A DNA stretch of 64,000 nucleotides from an uncultured Chloroflexia bacterium (GCA_963783495.1 CAWANT010000006.1:199799-263798); one strand, 5' to 3'; positions 1 through 10,422 are shown, counted from the stretch's first letter. A program made the numbers and translations. Notes: generated by a model not told the origin, from the sequence alone.

Positions 1-548
1 CACGAAATGCAGCCGGCCGCGCGCCGTCGGGCGTGGCGGCCAACAGGCTGATGTCGTACTGGCCGAGCACCTTGCGCGCCAGGAACGCCATGAGGAAGCC
101 GAGCTGCTGGTTGCCGATCGACCGGTTGACGATGCGGGCCAGCGCTCGACCCGGCGTATCCGCCCCGGCCTGGCTGGCCATGATCTGCTCGATCCGATCG
201 AAGAGCTGCTCGAAGGTGACCAGGTTCAGGTCGATCCATTCACGCCGATCGATCACCGCCGGGGTCTCCAGCGCGGCCGGCAGCTCGGCGCCGATCTCCT
301 CGGCCACGATGGGCTCGATCCGCCGCAGGGCGTCGCGGTAGAAGTCCTCGGCCGAATCGCGGACCTCCGGCGCGAAGCGGTGCGGCATCGGCGCCCAGCC
401 GACGGCGGGCGATGCCGCGCACGGTCTCCCAATCGATGAGTCGGGTGCCGGCGCGGCGCATGATCTCGCGTTGCGCGACGGTGGCCCCCATGGCGAGCAG
501 CCCGCCGACCACGATGCCCATGCCCAGCCGGCCGGCGTTACGTGTCAT
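1..548 (-). CDS. DUF2342-type zinc-dependent metalloprotease family protein (3' end off-window; frame break near 360-400)
   Basis: ORF 240..548 begins MTRNAGRLGMGIVVGG...IDWETVRGIARRRL and then turns Arg/Gly-rich. My reverse-strand reading of ~1..360 in another frame gives ...EVRDSAEDFYRDALRRIEPIVAEEIGAELPAALETPAVIDRREWIDLNLVTFEQLFDRIEQIMA. The family call is from memory of actinobacterial homologues. Confidence 0.5.
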
Positions 549-558
549 CGGCCTGAGT

Positions 559-1395
559 CTAGTGCGCTCCTACGGCCGCCGCCTCCACCGCCGGGAGCCG
601 CTCGCCGAAGACGCGCTCCGCCACCGTGCTGAAAGCCGCCACATCACCGGTGGTGGCGATTCGGTGGCCCCGGGCAGCAGCATCGGCGTGGCTCAACGGC
701 GCGCGTGTGCCGAGCGCGTCCAACAGGTCCTCGGTAGCCAGCGCGCTGGTGAAGGCAGAGTCGACCACCGCCACCTGCGGGCCGACGCGGCGCTCGATCA
801 GCGGCCGCAGCAGCGGGTAATGGGTGCAGCCCAGCAGCAGCGTGTCGATCTGTGGGTCACCCGCCAGCAGCTCGTCGAGATAGCCATCCACCGCGGCGAT
901 CGCCTTGGGTCCATCGAGCATGCCCGCCTCCACCATGGGCACCAGGTCGGGGCAGGCCTGCTGCCGCACCACCAGCCGGTGATCGGCCTCGTTGATGGCG
1001 GCCGGGTAGGCGCCGGACGCCACCGTCCCGACCGTGGCGATCACGCCCACGTGTCCCGCCCGCGTCGCGGCGGCGGCGGTCACCGCACCGGGGCGCACGA
1101 CGCCGAGCACCGGCACCGGCGACGCGTCGCGCACGTCGTCGAGAGCGTGCGAGGTGGCGGTGTTGCAGGCAAGCACCAGCGCTTTGACGTCCTGGTTCAG
1201 GAGCCACGCCACGCACTCCAGCGTGAAGCGCCGAACCTCGTCGGCCGGTCGTGGCCCATACGGCGTCCGCGCGTTGTCGCCGAGATAGACGGTCGACTCG
1301 TCCGGCAAGCGGCGGCGGATCTCCGAGAGAACCGTCAACCCGCCAACCCCCGAATCGAAGACCCCGATCGGCCGGGGGTCGGTGGAACGGGTCAC
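559..1395 (-). CDS. murI: glutamate racemase
   Basis: Intact 278-aa ORF with IGVFDSGVGGLTVL, LACNTATS and LGCTHYPLL racemase motifs. Confidence 0.95.
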   Translation of the reverse strand: MTRSTDPRPIGVFDSGVGGLTVLSEIRRRLPDESTVYLGDNARTPYGPRPADEVRRFTLECVAWLLNQDVKALVLACNTATSHALDDVRDASPVPVLGVVRPGAVTAAAATRAGHVGVIATVGTVASGAYPAAINEADHRLVVRQQACPDLVPMVEAGMLDGPKAIAAVDGYLDELLAGDPQIDTLLLGCTHYPLLRPLIERRVGPQVAVVDSAFTSALATEDLLDALGTRAPLSHADAAARGHRIATTGDVAAFSTVAERVFGERLPAVEAAAVGAH

Positions 1396-1404
1396 CGGAG
1401 TGCG

Positions 1405-2553
1405 TCAGCGGGACGCGAGAACCGGGGCGCGCTCGCGCAGATGAGAGCCGAGCGAGGCGGCGATGTGCTTGATGCCCTTCGAGATGGGGGCCTCAGGGCT
1501 CCCCGAGATGAACGGGACACCCTCGTTGTTGGCTGCCACCACCAGGCGACCATCGGACACGAGCTCGAAGTCGATAGGGCCACCCAGGGCAGTCTCGACA
1601 TCGGCCTTGCTGATGCCCCCGGTCGAGTCGGATCGGTTCAGGATGGTGGCCAGCTTGCTGGCTGGATAGCCGATGGCGTCGAATGCCTCGCCCGCCATGG
1701 CCAGGTTGCGGATCGCCATGGAGTCGTACGTCAGCACCTGCAGGATCAGGTCGGACGCGTCGAGGAAGACGAGCACGTCGTCTCCGAGACCGGCGCGCGT
1801 ATCGATCACCACGAACTGGTACAGCTGGCGCAGGATGCTGAGCGACTTTTCCAGGTCGCGGACCGTGACCATCTCGGCCATCTCCACCCGCGGCGGGGCC
1901 AGCAGGATGTCGACACCCGACGGGTCCTTCCAGGCCACGTCGGCAACGTCAGCCTCGCGGATGCGGTCGGTGGGCAGGTTCACGATCGATGGCGCGGTGG
2001 CCGGAACCCGCAGCAGGCCGCGCAGGTCGCTGAACTGCAGTGAGCCGTCGACCAGGCAGACCCGATGATCGGCGGCCAGCGCCACGGCCAGGTTGTAGGC
2101 AATGGTGGTCCGCCCGACGCCGCCCTTCGGAGAGAAGAGCGAGATCATCATGCTGCCTTCGCGCGTGGACTGGGCACTGCGCGCCTCGTAGGTCTTGCGC
2201 ACGATGGTCGTGAGGTCGAAGCCGGAGAAAGGCATCCTCAGGACGCTGTCGACCCCGCGCTCGGCACTCTCGCTCACCGGGTTCTGGGGCACGGTCAGCA
2301 TCACCACGCCGACCTGCGGCTCTGACTGCCTGACGCCGAGTGCCACGTCGCCGCCGGAGACGCGGCCCTGGAGCAGCGCATCGACGATGACAACATCGGG
2401 CTTGAACTCGGAGACGGCGGCAACCGCGCGATCGCCGGCAGTCACCACATCGAGCATCTTGATCTGAGACTGGGCCTGCAGGAGCTGGCGCATGTGCGCC
2501 GCCACCTGCGGGACGTCCTCGATCACCAGGAGTCGGATCTGTTCTGCTGCCAA
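1405..2553 (-). CDS. response-regulator receiver domain fused to a CpaE/MinD-type P-loop ATPase
   Basis: Intact 382-aa ORF. N-terminal receiver-like LLVIEDVP...PDVVIVD is followed by the deviant Walker A SPKGGVGRTTIAYNLA and VVIDT. Apparent TTG start. Confidence 0.85.
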   Translation of the reverse strand: MAAEQIRLLVIEDVPQVAAHMRQLLQAQSQIKMLDVVTAGDRAVAAVSEFKPDVVIVDALLQGRVSGGDVALGVRQSEPQVGVVMLTVPQNPVSESAERGVDSVLRMPFSGFDLTTIVRKTYEARSAQSTREGSMMISLFSPKGGVGRTTIAYNLAVALAADHRVCLVDGSLQFSDLRGLLRVPATAPSIVNLPTDRIREADVADVAWKDPSGVDILLAPPRVEMAEMVTVRDLEKSLSILRQLYQFVVIDTRAGLGDDVLVFLDASDLILQVLTYDSMAIRNLAMAGEAFDAIGYPASKLATILNRSDSTGGISKADVETALGGPIDFELVSDGRLVVAANNEGVPFISGSPEAPISKGIKHIAASLGSHLRERAPVLASR

Positions 2554-2602
2554 GTCTGCCCTCTACCCTGCGTCCACAGCGGCCCAGCTGATGCCGCCTT
2601 CA

Positions 2603-3433
2603 TCACTCACCGGCGCGACGGACCACCAGGATCCGACGCTCACTGGCCGCATTGGGCGGGTCCAGGTCGTGCGAGCCGTACGCAAACTCGACTGCCAATC
2701 CGGCCTGCCGGATGAGCGCGGCGAGTGCGTCATCCAATGGATACCAGAGCCGATAGCTGGCCGGAAACCGCGCTATCGTACCATCGGGTCGTCCTACGTC
2801 GACGATCGTCGAGAAGGCCACCCGCAGCCCTTCGGGCGCCTCCCGGCGCATCAGCTGGCTGCGGCGGACGACCTCCTGGCCCTTCATCCTGCGGCGCCAA
2901 TCGACGGACAATGGCAGGTCCCGATCCGGCAGCAGGGCAGGCCCCAGGTCGTCCAGGATGAGCCGGCCATGCTGCGCCAGCAGCGAGGCCACGCCGCTGA
3001 GCATGCGCAGCGCGTCCTCCGGACCGTCGAGGTGCGGCATGACGCCCGCGGCCACCACCAGGTTGGCGCCCGCCGCGCCCAGCATGCCGCGCACCGGCAG
3101 CAGCTCCAGGCGCCGGACGTCCCCCTCGACCAGATGCAGCCGGCCCTGGCTGAGTGCGGCGGCCAGCAATGGCTCGGCCGCGACCCGCGCAGCGGCCCGT
3201 CGCAGCAGGGCAGCCGAGCCGTCAACGCCCACGATCCGTCGTCCCTTGCCGGCGGCAAAGCTGCGCAGCAGCCTGCCGGAGCCGCAGCCGAGATCCAGCA
3301 CTGCCGGTCCGCTGCGCCGCGTCTGCTCGCGATAGAAGACGAGGTCCTCCACCACCTCGTCGTGCTCCAGGTCATACAGCTCCGCCAGCAAGTCGGCGTC
3401 GGCGGGCTGGCCCGCGAAGATGTCGCCGCTCAC
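2603..3433 (-). CDS. class I SAM-dependent methyltransferase
   Basis: Last ~276 codons of ORF 2603..3748 carry motif I, VLDLGCGSGRL. The GTG at 3433 overlaps the stop of the upstream membrane ORF (GTGA). The upstream part of the listed ORF is Arg/Pro-rich shadow. Confidence 0.8.
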   Translation of the reverse strand: MSGDIFAGQPADADLLAELYDLEHDEVVEDLVFYREQTRRSGPAVLDLGCGSGRLLRSFAAGKGRRIVGVDGSAALLRRAAARVAAEPLLAAALSQGRLHLVEGDVRRLELLPVRGMLGAAGANLVVAAGVMPHLDGPEDALRMLSGVASLLAQHGRLILDDLGPALLPDRDLPLSVDWRRRMKGQEVVRRSQLMRREAPEGLRVAFSTIVDVGRPDGTIARFPASYRLWYPLDDALAALIRQAGLAVEFAYGSHDLDPPNAASERRILVVRRAGE

Positions 3434-3837
3434 GGGGAGTCGATGCGCCGGACGGCCAGCCACTCGATGGCAGCGGCCAGCAGCAGCACGAAGATCACCA
3501 CCGGCACCGTCAGTGCGCCACCCAGTCGCAAGCCGCCGAAGACTGCCACGGTGCCGCCGGCCAAGACCCCGCGGCGGATGGCGCGGCCCCAGGCGCCGCG
3601 GTACAGGATGCGGCCGCGCAACACGAACTCTGAGAGCAACGCGAATGGCACGACCAGCAGTCCGACCGCCAGGGCGGCAAGGCCGATGACCAGGACGCGG
3701 TTGCTGACCGCACCCGGGCAGGGCTGCTCGAGAGTGTCGGTAGGACACGCCACGCTGGCGAACGCGAATAACAGGGCGGCCACCAGCACGGCGAGCAGCG
3801 CCAGGGCGGCGACGGCCAGCCTGGTGCGGCGGCTCAC
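3430..3837 (-). CDS. hypothetical integral membrane protein
   Basis: 135-aa ORF with 3-4 hydrophobic spans (LAVAALALLAVLVAALLF, VLVIGLAALAVGLLVVPFALL, VVIFVLLLAAAIEWL), translationally coupled to the methyltransferase. Confidence 0.6.
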   Translation of the reverse strand: MSRRTRLAVAALALLAVLVAALLFAFASVACPTDTLEQPCPGAVSNRVLVIGLAALAVGLLVVPFALLSEFVLRGRILYRGAWGRAIRRGVLAGGTVAVFGGLRLGGALTVPVVIFVLLLAAAIEWLAVRRIDSP

Positions 3838-3865
3838 CGATGGACGGCGCGCAAGGCTGGGCAGC

Positions 3866-6800
3866 TCATCGGGCGGCGTCCGGACAGATATCGCGGAACG
3901 GGCAGAAGCCGCAGCGCATGGGCGTCGGGTTGGCGCCGAAGTCGCCGGCTCGGATCCCCTCGCTCACGGTCGCGACCTGGCTGGCCGCCTTCTCCAGGCG
4001 CTTCGGCGTCGGCGCGCTGCGCCCGACCATGCCGGACTCCAGGAAGTGGAGGGCCAGCTCATCGGGCAGGCGCCCGTGCTGCGACTCATAGGCGAGGGCG
4101 TAGAGCGAGAGCTGCAGCGAGTCGCGTGAGCGACGCGCCGCCGTGGCCGGGTCGCGCACGTCGGCCGACTTGTAGTCGGTGATGACCACCCGCCCGTCGC
4201 CGTCGAGGTCGACACGGTCATAGCGGCCGCGTACCCGGTCGCGACCCAGGACCACCGAGAAGTCCTCCTCGACCGCCACCGGGCGAGCGGGCTCGATCTG
4301 CTGCTCGTCCCAGAAGCGATCGAGTGCCTCGCGGGCCGCCGCGCGGCGCGCCTCCTCATGCTGCTGGGTGAGGAACCCCACCGACTCCCAGGCGGCGTCA
4401 AGCTCGGCCTGGAGCTCTTCGCGGCGACGTGGACAGGCCGGCCAGCTGACGGCGGTGGTAGGCCTGCACGGCGGCGTGCAGGGCACGGCCGTAGGCCATC
4501 TGGTGCGACGCGGCGGTCGGGAGCCGGATGACGTGGGCGTAGCGATAGCGCGCCGGGCAGTCCAGGTAGTCACTGATCTGGCCGTAGCTGAGCCGCAGCT
4601 GGCGGTCACCCAGGCTGACGGGCTTGGCCGGCGCAGCCGGCGGCGTCTGCGCGCGCTGGTTGCGGGCCAGGCGCTCGGCGACACTGGGCCGCAGCATGTC
4701 GGCTGGGGTCGCCGGCGGCAGGTCCAGCGCCTCCAGCAGGTACGGACTCGGCCGTCGCGCGCTGCGGGTGCCGTAATCGCGTGCCCAGCTCAGGTGGAGC
4801 GCTTCGCGGGACCGCGTCATGCCGACGTAGAACAGCCGGCGTTCCTCGGCCAGATGGTGGTCGCCTTCGGGCGTCGGCTCCCGGACCAGCGACGTCGGCA
4901 GCGGCAGCAGATCGCCGCGTGAGCGGGTCGGGAAGCGATCGTCGACCAGGCCGACCATGTGGACGATCGGGAACTCGAGGCCTTTGGCCTTGTGGTAGGT
5001 CAGGACGTGTACCGCCTCGCCATGGTCGAGATCAACGTCGGCGGTGGAAGGGTCGTCTCCCGCCTCCATCAGCGTATCGAGCTGCGCGACCAGGAACGGC
5101 AGCCGGTCGTCCCGCAGCAGGCCGGCCTGGCGACGGACGATCTCGAAGAAGCGCGCCACGTTGGCGAGCGCGCTCCTCCCCGCCCTCGCGCGCCTCGCGC
5201 GCCAGCCGCCCAAGCCAGCCGGTGCTGGTGACGAAGTGGTAGAGCAGCTCTCCGGCGTTACGCTCCGTGCTCAGCTGCCGGTGCTGATCGAGGCTGGCCA
5301 GCAGGCGCTCGATCACCTGCATGGCCCGCGGACCGAAGCGGGCAGGCTCCCCGTCGCGCGCGTGGCGGAGCGACTGCTCCAACGGCGGTCCGACGCCGGC
5401 TGGCCGCATTCAGCGCGACGGTCACGTCGCCTGCGGATCCAGCCCGAAGATCTCGGAGGTGGCCAGGTCGTAGCAGCTGACGGAGTCCTCCGGGTCGTTG
5501 ACGGCGCGCAGGAAGCTGACCAGCAGCCGGACCTCCGGCTGGTGGTAGAGCCCGGCCGTGCCGGAGAAGCGCCACGGGATGCGCGCCATGTTCAGTGCCC
5601 GCAGGATGGGATCCGCATCGCGGTTGGTGCGCACCAGGATCGCGTGGTCGCCCGGGACTGCGGCCGGTGCGGAGGGAGTCGCCGATGCGCTCGGCCAGCG
5701 CATCGGCCTCGTCCGAGCCGGTATCGAAGGCCAGCAGCTGGATCGGCCCGCCATCGCCGATCGGCTGCTCGAAACGAGCCCGGGCGATCAGCCGCTTGTC
5801 GAGGCCCTCGCGCGACTCCAGCCGGTCCGGGTCGTTGTGCTGGATGAGCCGATAGGCGGCGTCCAGGATTGGCTGACGGCTGCGGAAGTTGTCGTTCAGC
5901 ACCACGCTGCCGGCGCGCGGAAACGCGGCGCGGAAGCCGAGGATGTTCGACAGGGCGGCGCCCGCGGAAGCGATAGATGCTCTGGTCGTCGTCGCCCACG
6001 ACCGTCACGTTGGCCGTGGCCGAGCCGGCCAGCAGCTTGACCAGCTCGAACTGCGCGTGGTTCGTGTCCTGGAACTCGTCGACCAGGATGTAGCGGTAGC
6101 GCTGCCGCTCCTCGCTCAGGACGGCGGGATGCTCGCGCAGCAGGCGCAGCGCCAGGCTCACCTGGTCGCCGAAGTCGAGCCGATCGTTGGCCCGCATCAG
6201 CTCGCTCGTAGGCGACGTAGAGCGCGGCCAGCTCCTTCTGCTGGGCCGCCCGTTCGGCCAGCGCCGTCGTCGAACGGCGCTTCGGCGGCCGCGGCCGCCA
6301 GCCGCTTGCGCGGCTGACAGGTACTCCGCGGGCGCGACGTCCTCGTCGCGGGCGCGGCTGATCAGAGTGACCAGGGCGTGGAGGAAGCGGGTCGGGTCGC
6401 CCAGCGGGCGGTATCGGTCGAGTGGCAGCTCGAACAGGTGCTCGCGCAGGAAGATCACCTGCTCGGCGCGCGACATGACGGTGGAGCGGTCCGAGAGGCC
6501 GGCCTCGAGCGCGTGGTCGCGCAGCAGCCGGTCGCCGAAGGCGTGGAAGGTGCTGATCACCGTGTCGGTGTAGCCGTACGGGCACCAGCCGGTCGACGCG
6601 CTCGGTCATCTCCAGCGCCGCCCGATCCGTGAACGTCAGCGCCAGGATCTCCGACGGCTTGGCGCGTTTCTCGGCGATCAGCCAGGCGATGCGGCGGGTG
6701 ATGACCGTGGTCTTGCCGGTTCCTGCACCGGCCACGATCAGCAGCGGGCCGTTGCCATGCGTGACCGCCTTGCGCTGGCGGGCGGTCAGGTCGGCCAGCA

Positions 6801-6933
6801 GCGGCGGCTGGATGCGCAGGTGCGGACGGGGGCGGCGTGCCGGTGGAGCGACCAACTCCTCGAAGATCGGGAGCTGGTCGGGTGAAGGCACGACCGCTGG
6901 CATTTCGTCGATGGTAGCCCAGGAGGTATTCAC
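3866..6933 (-). CDS. UvrD/PcrA-type ATP-dependent DNA helicase with C-terminal Cys-containing PD-(D/E)XK nuclease domain (frame-disrupted as assembled)
   Basis: Collinear fragments lie in three frames:
- 5896..6933: LLIVAGAGTGKTTVITRRIAWL
- 5592..6560: YILVDEFQDTNHAQF
- 5422..5754
- 4398..5213: LTYHKAKGLEFPIVHMVGL, LFYVGMTRSREAL
- 3866..4684: VITDYKSADV...RCGFCPFRDICP. Confidence 0.85.
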
Positions 6934-7086
6934 CGAACCCTTATCGCGCGCTTACCGGACACCTCGTCTGTCACGGCCCGTGCGCTCGACGCAAGGGGGG
7001 TGCCGTCTTTGAATCTGAGTCCTTGATTGATCTTGGCCAATACCGCTACTGTCGGGGACGCTGCCCGACGGAGGGTGAGGGGAGCA

Positions 7087-9108
7087 ATGGCCGATCAGCT
7101 CGAAATCGGCGCACATGGCATCACCGCCATCCTGGCTACCTGGCTGGGCCTGATCGTCCTGACCCGGGCCGGCCGGCAGCGCGGTGCACAGGTCTTCGCG
7201 TTCGTCACCGGCCTGCTGGTGGTCTGGTCAGTGGCCATTCTCATCGAGCGGCTCAGCACCGACCCCGGCGTTGACGTGGCGTTCAACGCGATCGAGGACG
7301 TCGCCGCCTTCCTGCTCCCCGCCGCCACCCTGCACGTCGCCCTCGCGCTCGCTGTCGAGGGCCGCCTGTCCGTGACGCAACGACGAACGCTGATCGCGTC
7401 GTACGTCCTCTGCGGCGCGGTCGCACTCGAAGCCGTCTTCCTCCCGGAGCAGCAGCTCGCGGTGTCCCCGCCGCACCTCGAGCCATTCGGCATCCCCGGC
7501 GAGGTCGTGGGCTGGGCGTGGATCCTGGCGCGCCTCCTCATCCTGGGCGCAGCGCTGTACTGGATCGTCGCGGCCCTCCGCGTGGCCGGGGATGATGTGG
7601 CCCGCCAGCGTCAATTGCAGGCCGCGCTGGCCACCGTCGGAGTCGGCGCCCTGGGCGGCATCGTGCGCATCCTGCCGGGAGTATCGGAGAGCGATCCCTG
7701 GATCGGCGTGTCGCTCGTCACGGCCTCCATGGTCCTCGCCGCCTACGCCGTCTTCGTGACAGGGCCTCTTCATGTCGACCGACGCGGCCGGTCGAGCGTT
7801 CTCGTACACGATGGTGGTGGGCATCGGGGTCACCTTCTTCGTCACCCTGCTGGTGGCCCTCGAACGCGTGACGCAGGAGGTCCTCCACATCGAGCTGCCG
7901 ATCATCACCGGCCTGGCGCTGGTGGTGACCATTGCCCTGCTCGGCCCGCTCACCGATCTCGTACGTCGCGTGCTGCGCGGACGTTCACCCCGCGACCGCG
8001 CCTACTACCGCTTGCTCCAGGCGCTGGGCGAGGAGGTGCTCACCGCCCAGAGGCCGGACACCGCGGTCCTGCCCGCCCTTGCTCGCATGGTCCGCATCTT
8101 CCGCCTCCGCGGCGCTGCCGTCCTCGCGCCGACTGGCGAGCTGCTGGCCGAGCACGGGACGCTCGAGCCGGACGACCCATTGGCGCTGCGGCTTCCGCTG
8201 CAGTACCGCGACCTCACCGAGGGAACGGTGATCTTCGGCGCGAAGCAGACCGGCCTGCCGTTCACCGAGCCGGAGACCGACCTGCTGACGTCGGCTGCCG
8301 GCTACCTCGCCGCGTCGCTGAGCCTGGCGGTGCGAAGCGATCAGGAGGCTGCCGCGCTGGAGACACTGTCGGCGGAGCGCGACGCGGTGATCAGCCGGGG
8401 TTCGGAACTGAGCGAGGCGCTGGTCGAGGCGGTCTCCGCGACCACCGGCCTGCACGTCTTCGCCCTCGGCCCGCTGCGGGTCGAGCGCGACGGTGAGCTG
8501 GTCCAGCGCTGGGGCGGCGAGAAGGCGGGCACGCGCCAGGCGGAGGCCGTCTTCGCCTTCCTCTACGACCGCGGCGAGCATGGCGTGGCCAAGGACGAGT
8601 TCGTTGAGCTCATCTGGCCCGATGTCGACCTGGAGCGGGCCGACCTGGCCTTCCATCGCACGCTGGGCGGCCTGCGCGGCGACGCTGGAGCCCGGACGGC
8701 GAGGGGGCGATCGCGGCGGCGCCATCAGCTTCCACAACGACCGGTACCGGCTCGATCCGGAGCTGATCGGCTGGTCCGATGCGCAGGCCATTCGAGGAGG
8801 CGATGAGCGCCGCCAGCGCCGGCGCCGACCCGGACGTCGCGTTGCAGCATCTGGAGCGGGCGCGGTCGTTGTACCGCGGCGACTACCTGGATGATTGCCC
8901 GTTCTATGGCGACTCGGCGCAGGTCGAGGATCGCCGCGAGCTGCTTCGCGGGCGGTGCGTCGACCTGCTCCTTGCCCTTGGCGAGCGGTACGAGGCCCGC
9001 GGCGACCGCCCCGCGGCGGCCGCCTGCTTCCGCCAGGCGCGCCAGGTTGCCGGCGACGAGCTGCCGCTGGCGGACGAGGCCCTCAGCCGGCTCGGCGCCT
9101 CGGCCTGA
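7087..9108 (+). CDS. membrane-anchored SARP-type transcriptional regulator (multi-TM N-domain, GAF-like middle, OmpR-type wHTH + BTAD; frame-disrupted)
   Basis: ATG at 7087 follows GAGGGGAGCA. ORF 7027..8496 supplies about 6 TM helices up to ~7760. ORF 7772..8806 continues with another TM stretch, a GAF-like region and LHVFALGPLRVERDGELVQRWGGEKAGTRQAEAVFAFLY...LIWPDVDLERADLAFHRTLGGLR. ORFs 8493..8894 and 8779..9108 supply ISFHNDRYRLDP...LERARSLYRGDYLDDCPFYGDSAQVEDRRELLRGRCVDLLLALGERY (BTAD). Confidence 0.7.
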
Positions 9109-9740
9109 GGCGTCGCCGCTCGGCGCGACGAAAGGCGAGGATCGCCTCGGCGTGGCGCCGCGAGGTCCGCAGCTCGTCGCGCAGCCGGCCGACGGTCAGC
9201 GGTCCACGCTTCGTCAGGCGATCCACGCGCTCCGCGATCGACGACCAGACATCGCGCGGGTAGTCCACGCCGGAGCCGATCTCAACCAGCTCCCCGACTG
9301 CGCCGCAGCTGGGCCAGGACCGCCGGCGTGATGCCCAGCCGGGCCGCCGGCCCGTCCACCCGCGGCGGCTCGGCGCGTGCCTCGCGCAGGCCATCCAGCA
9401 GCCGGTCGGCGCGCTCGCGCATGACAGGGTCCAGACGAGGCCGATGTTGCGGTAACCGCACGCGGTGCCCCCGACGCACCAGGGCACCTGCCGCGACCAT
9501 GCCGTCGATCACCCGGCGCACGCCGGCATCGTCCAGCGCCAAGGGTGCGGACCCGCGGTGGCCGGGGGCCGCCCGCGGCGTGGCGCGAACCGCACCAACG
9601 ACCGTATCGACGCGCACGTCGGCGGCCATCGGCTCACGGCGGTGGATGCGCTGCAGGGCGTGGATCACGCGTCGTTCGGCGATCCGCCGCTGGCGGGCGT
9701 CGATCGGCCCAGCATCCGTTCCGTCAGGTCCCGCGGACAC
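9083..9740 (-). CDS. hypothetical protein with SelB-type winged-helix repeats (one frame break near 9290-9320)
   Basis: ORF 9282..9740 (VIDGMVAAGALVRRGHRVRLP...LGITPAVLAQL) continues in ORF 9083..9487 (ELVEIGSGVDYPRDVWSSIAERVDRL...LTVGRLRDELRTSRRHAEAILAF). The pattern recalls SelB C-terminal wing domains. GTG start. Confidence 0.45.
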
Positions 9741-10258
9741 GTCAGGCGGGGTTGGCGTTGGTCCCGCCCATCGCCGACCCGGATCGCCTGGGCCTCTTCC
9801 TCCGACAGCGTGTGGCTGGAGCTGCCGGACTCCACCGGCTTGGCGAAGAGCCGCGTGTTGGTGCGCCCATGCAGGCTGGAGATCACGACTCCGTCACGCC
9901 GATCGTCGAGCAGCGCCAGCGCAAAGCTCTGGTCGGAGCCGGTGTCCTCGAACGGGTTGAAGCGGACCAGGCCGATGTGCTGGATGCTGGTCTGGGTCCG
10001 ATGCTCCAGCGTCGCCTGCAGTGCATCGATCTCGCCCAGCCGGCTCCGGACCTCTTCGACCCTCGCGACGTGCGTCTGGAGCACCTCGTCCAGGGATCCG
10101 CCGCTGCCATCGCGCACGAGCCGCCGATAGCCATCCACGGCGCGCCCGACGCGGATCGACTGCAGGATCGCCAGCACCAGCAGGACCACGATCGCCACCG
10201 CCATCACGATCAGCACGGCGGCCAGGTTCTCGGTCAGGACGCGGTTGAGCTCGTCCAT
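9665..10258 (-). CDS. DUF4446 family membrane-anchored protein
   Basis: ORF 9665..10297; the internal start MDELNRVLTENLAAVLIVMAVAIVVLLVLAI gives an N-terminal TM. LVRFNPFEDTGSDQSFALALLDDRRDGVVISSLHGR is the recalled DUF4446 signature. The 3' end is uncertain because a 75-nt overlap with the next gene suggests an indel. Confidence 0.6.
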   Translation of the reverse strand: MDELNRVLTENLAAVLIVMAVAIVVLLVLAILQSIRVGRAVDGYRRLVRDGSGGSLDEVLQTHVARVEEVRSRLGEIDALQATLEHRTQTSIQHIGLVRFNPFEDTGSDQSFALALLDDRRDGVVISSLHGRTNTRLFAKPVESGSSSHTLSEEEAQAIRVGDGRDQRQPRLTCPRDLTERMLGRSTPASGGSPNDA

Positions 10259-10422
10259 CGGGTGGGCGCTCCGAGGCTGCGATCGGCCTTCCGGCACCGG
10301 GCGGGCCGAACGGGGCGGGGCCCGGGATGGCTGGTATCATACCGGCCCCGCAGGGCTGAACCCTGCATCGACGCGTGCCCGCGGCGAACACCGCGGCACC
10401 TGAGCATCGATCACGAGGCAGC

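Noticed and set aside
412-4129. Long plus-strand ORFs 412..2043 (543 aa) and 2492..4129 (545 aa)
   Set aside because: They are antisense to well-supported minus-strand genes (murI, receiver-ATPase, methyltransferase, helicase tail). Their composition is Arg/Ala/Gly/Pro-rich with no motifs, typical of shadow frames in GC-rich DNA.
9083-9740. Evidence for a selenocysteine incorporation system
   Set aside because: Only wing-domain similarity to SelB is present. There is no GTPase domain and no selA, selD, tRNA-Sec or in-frame UGA with a SECIS-like hairpin in the window.
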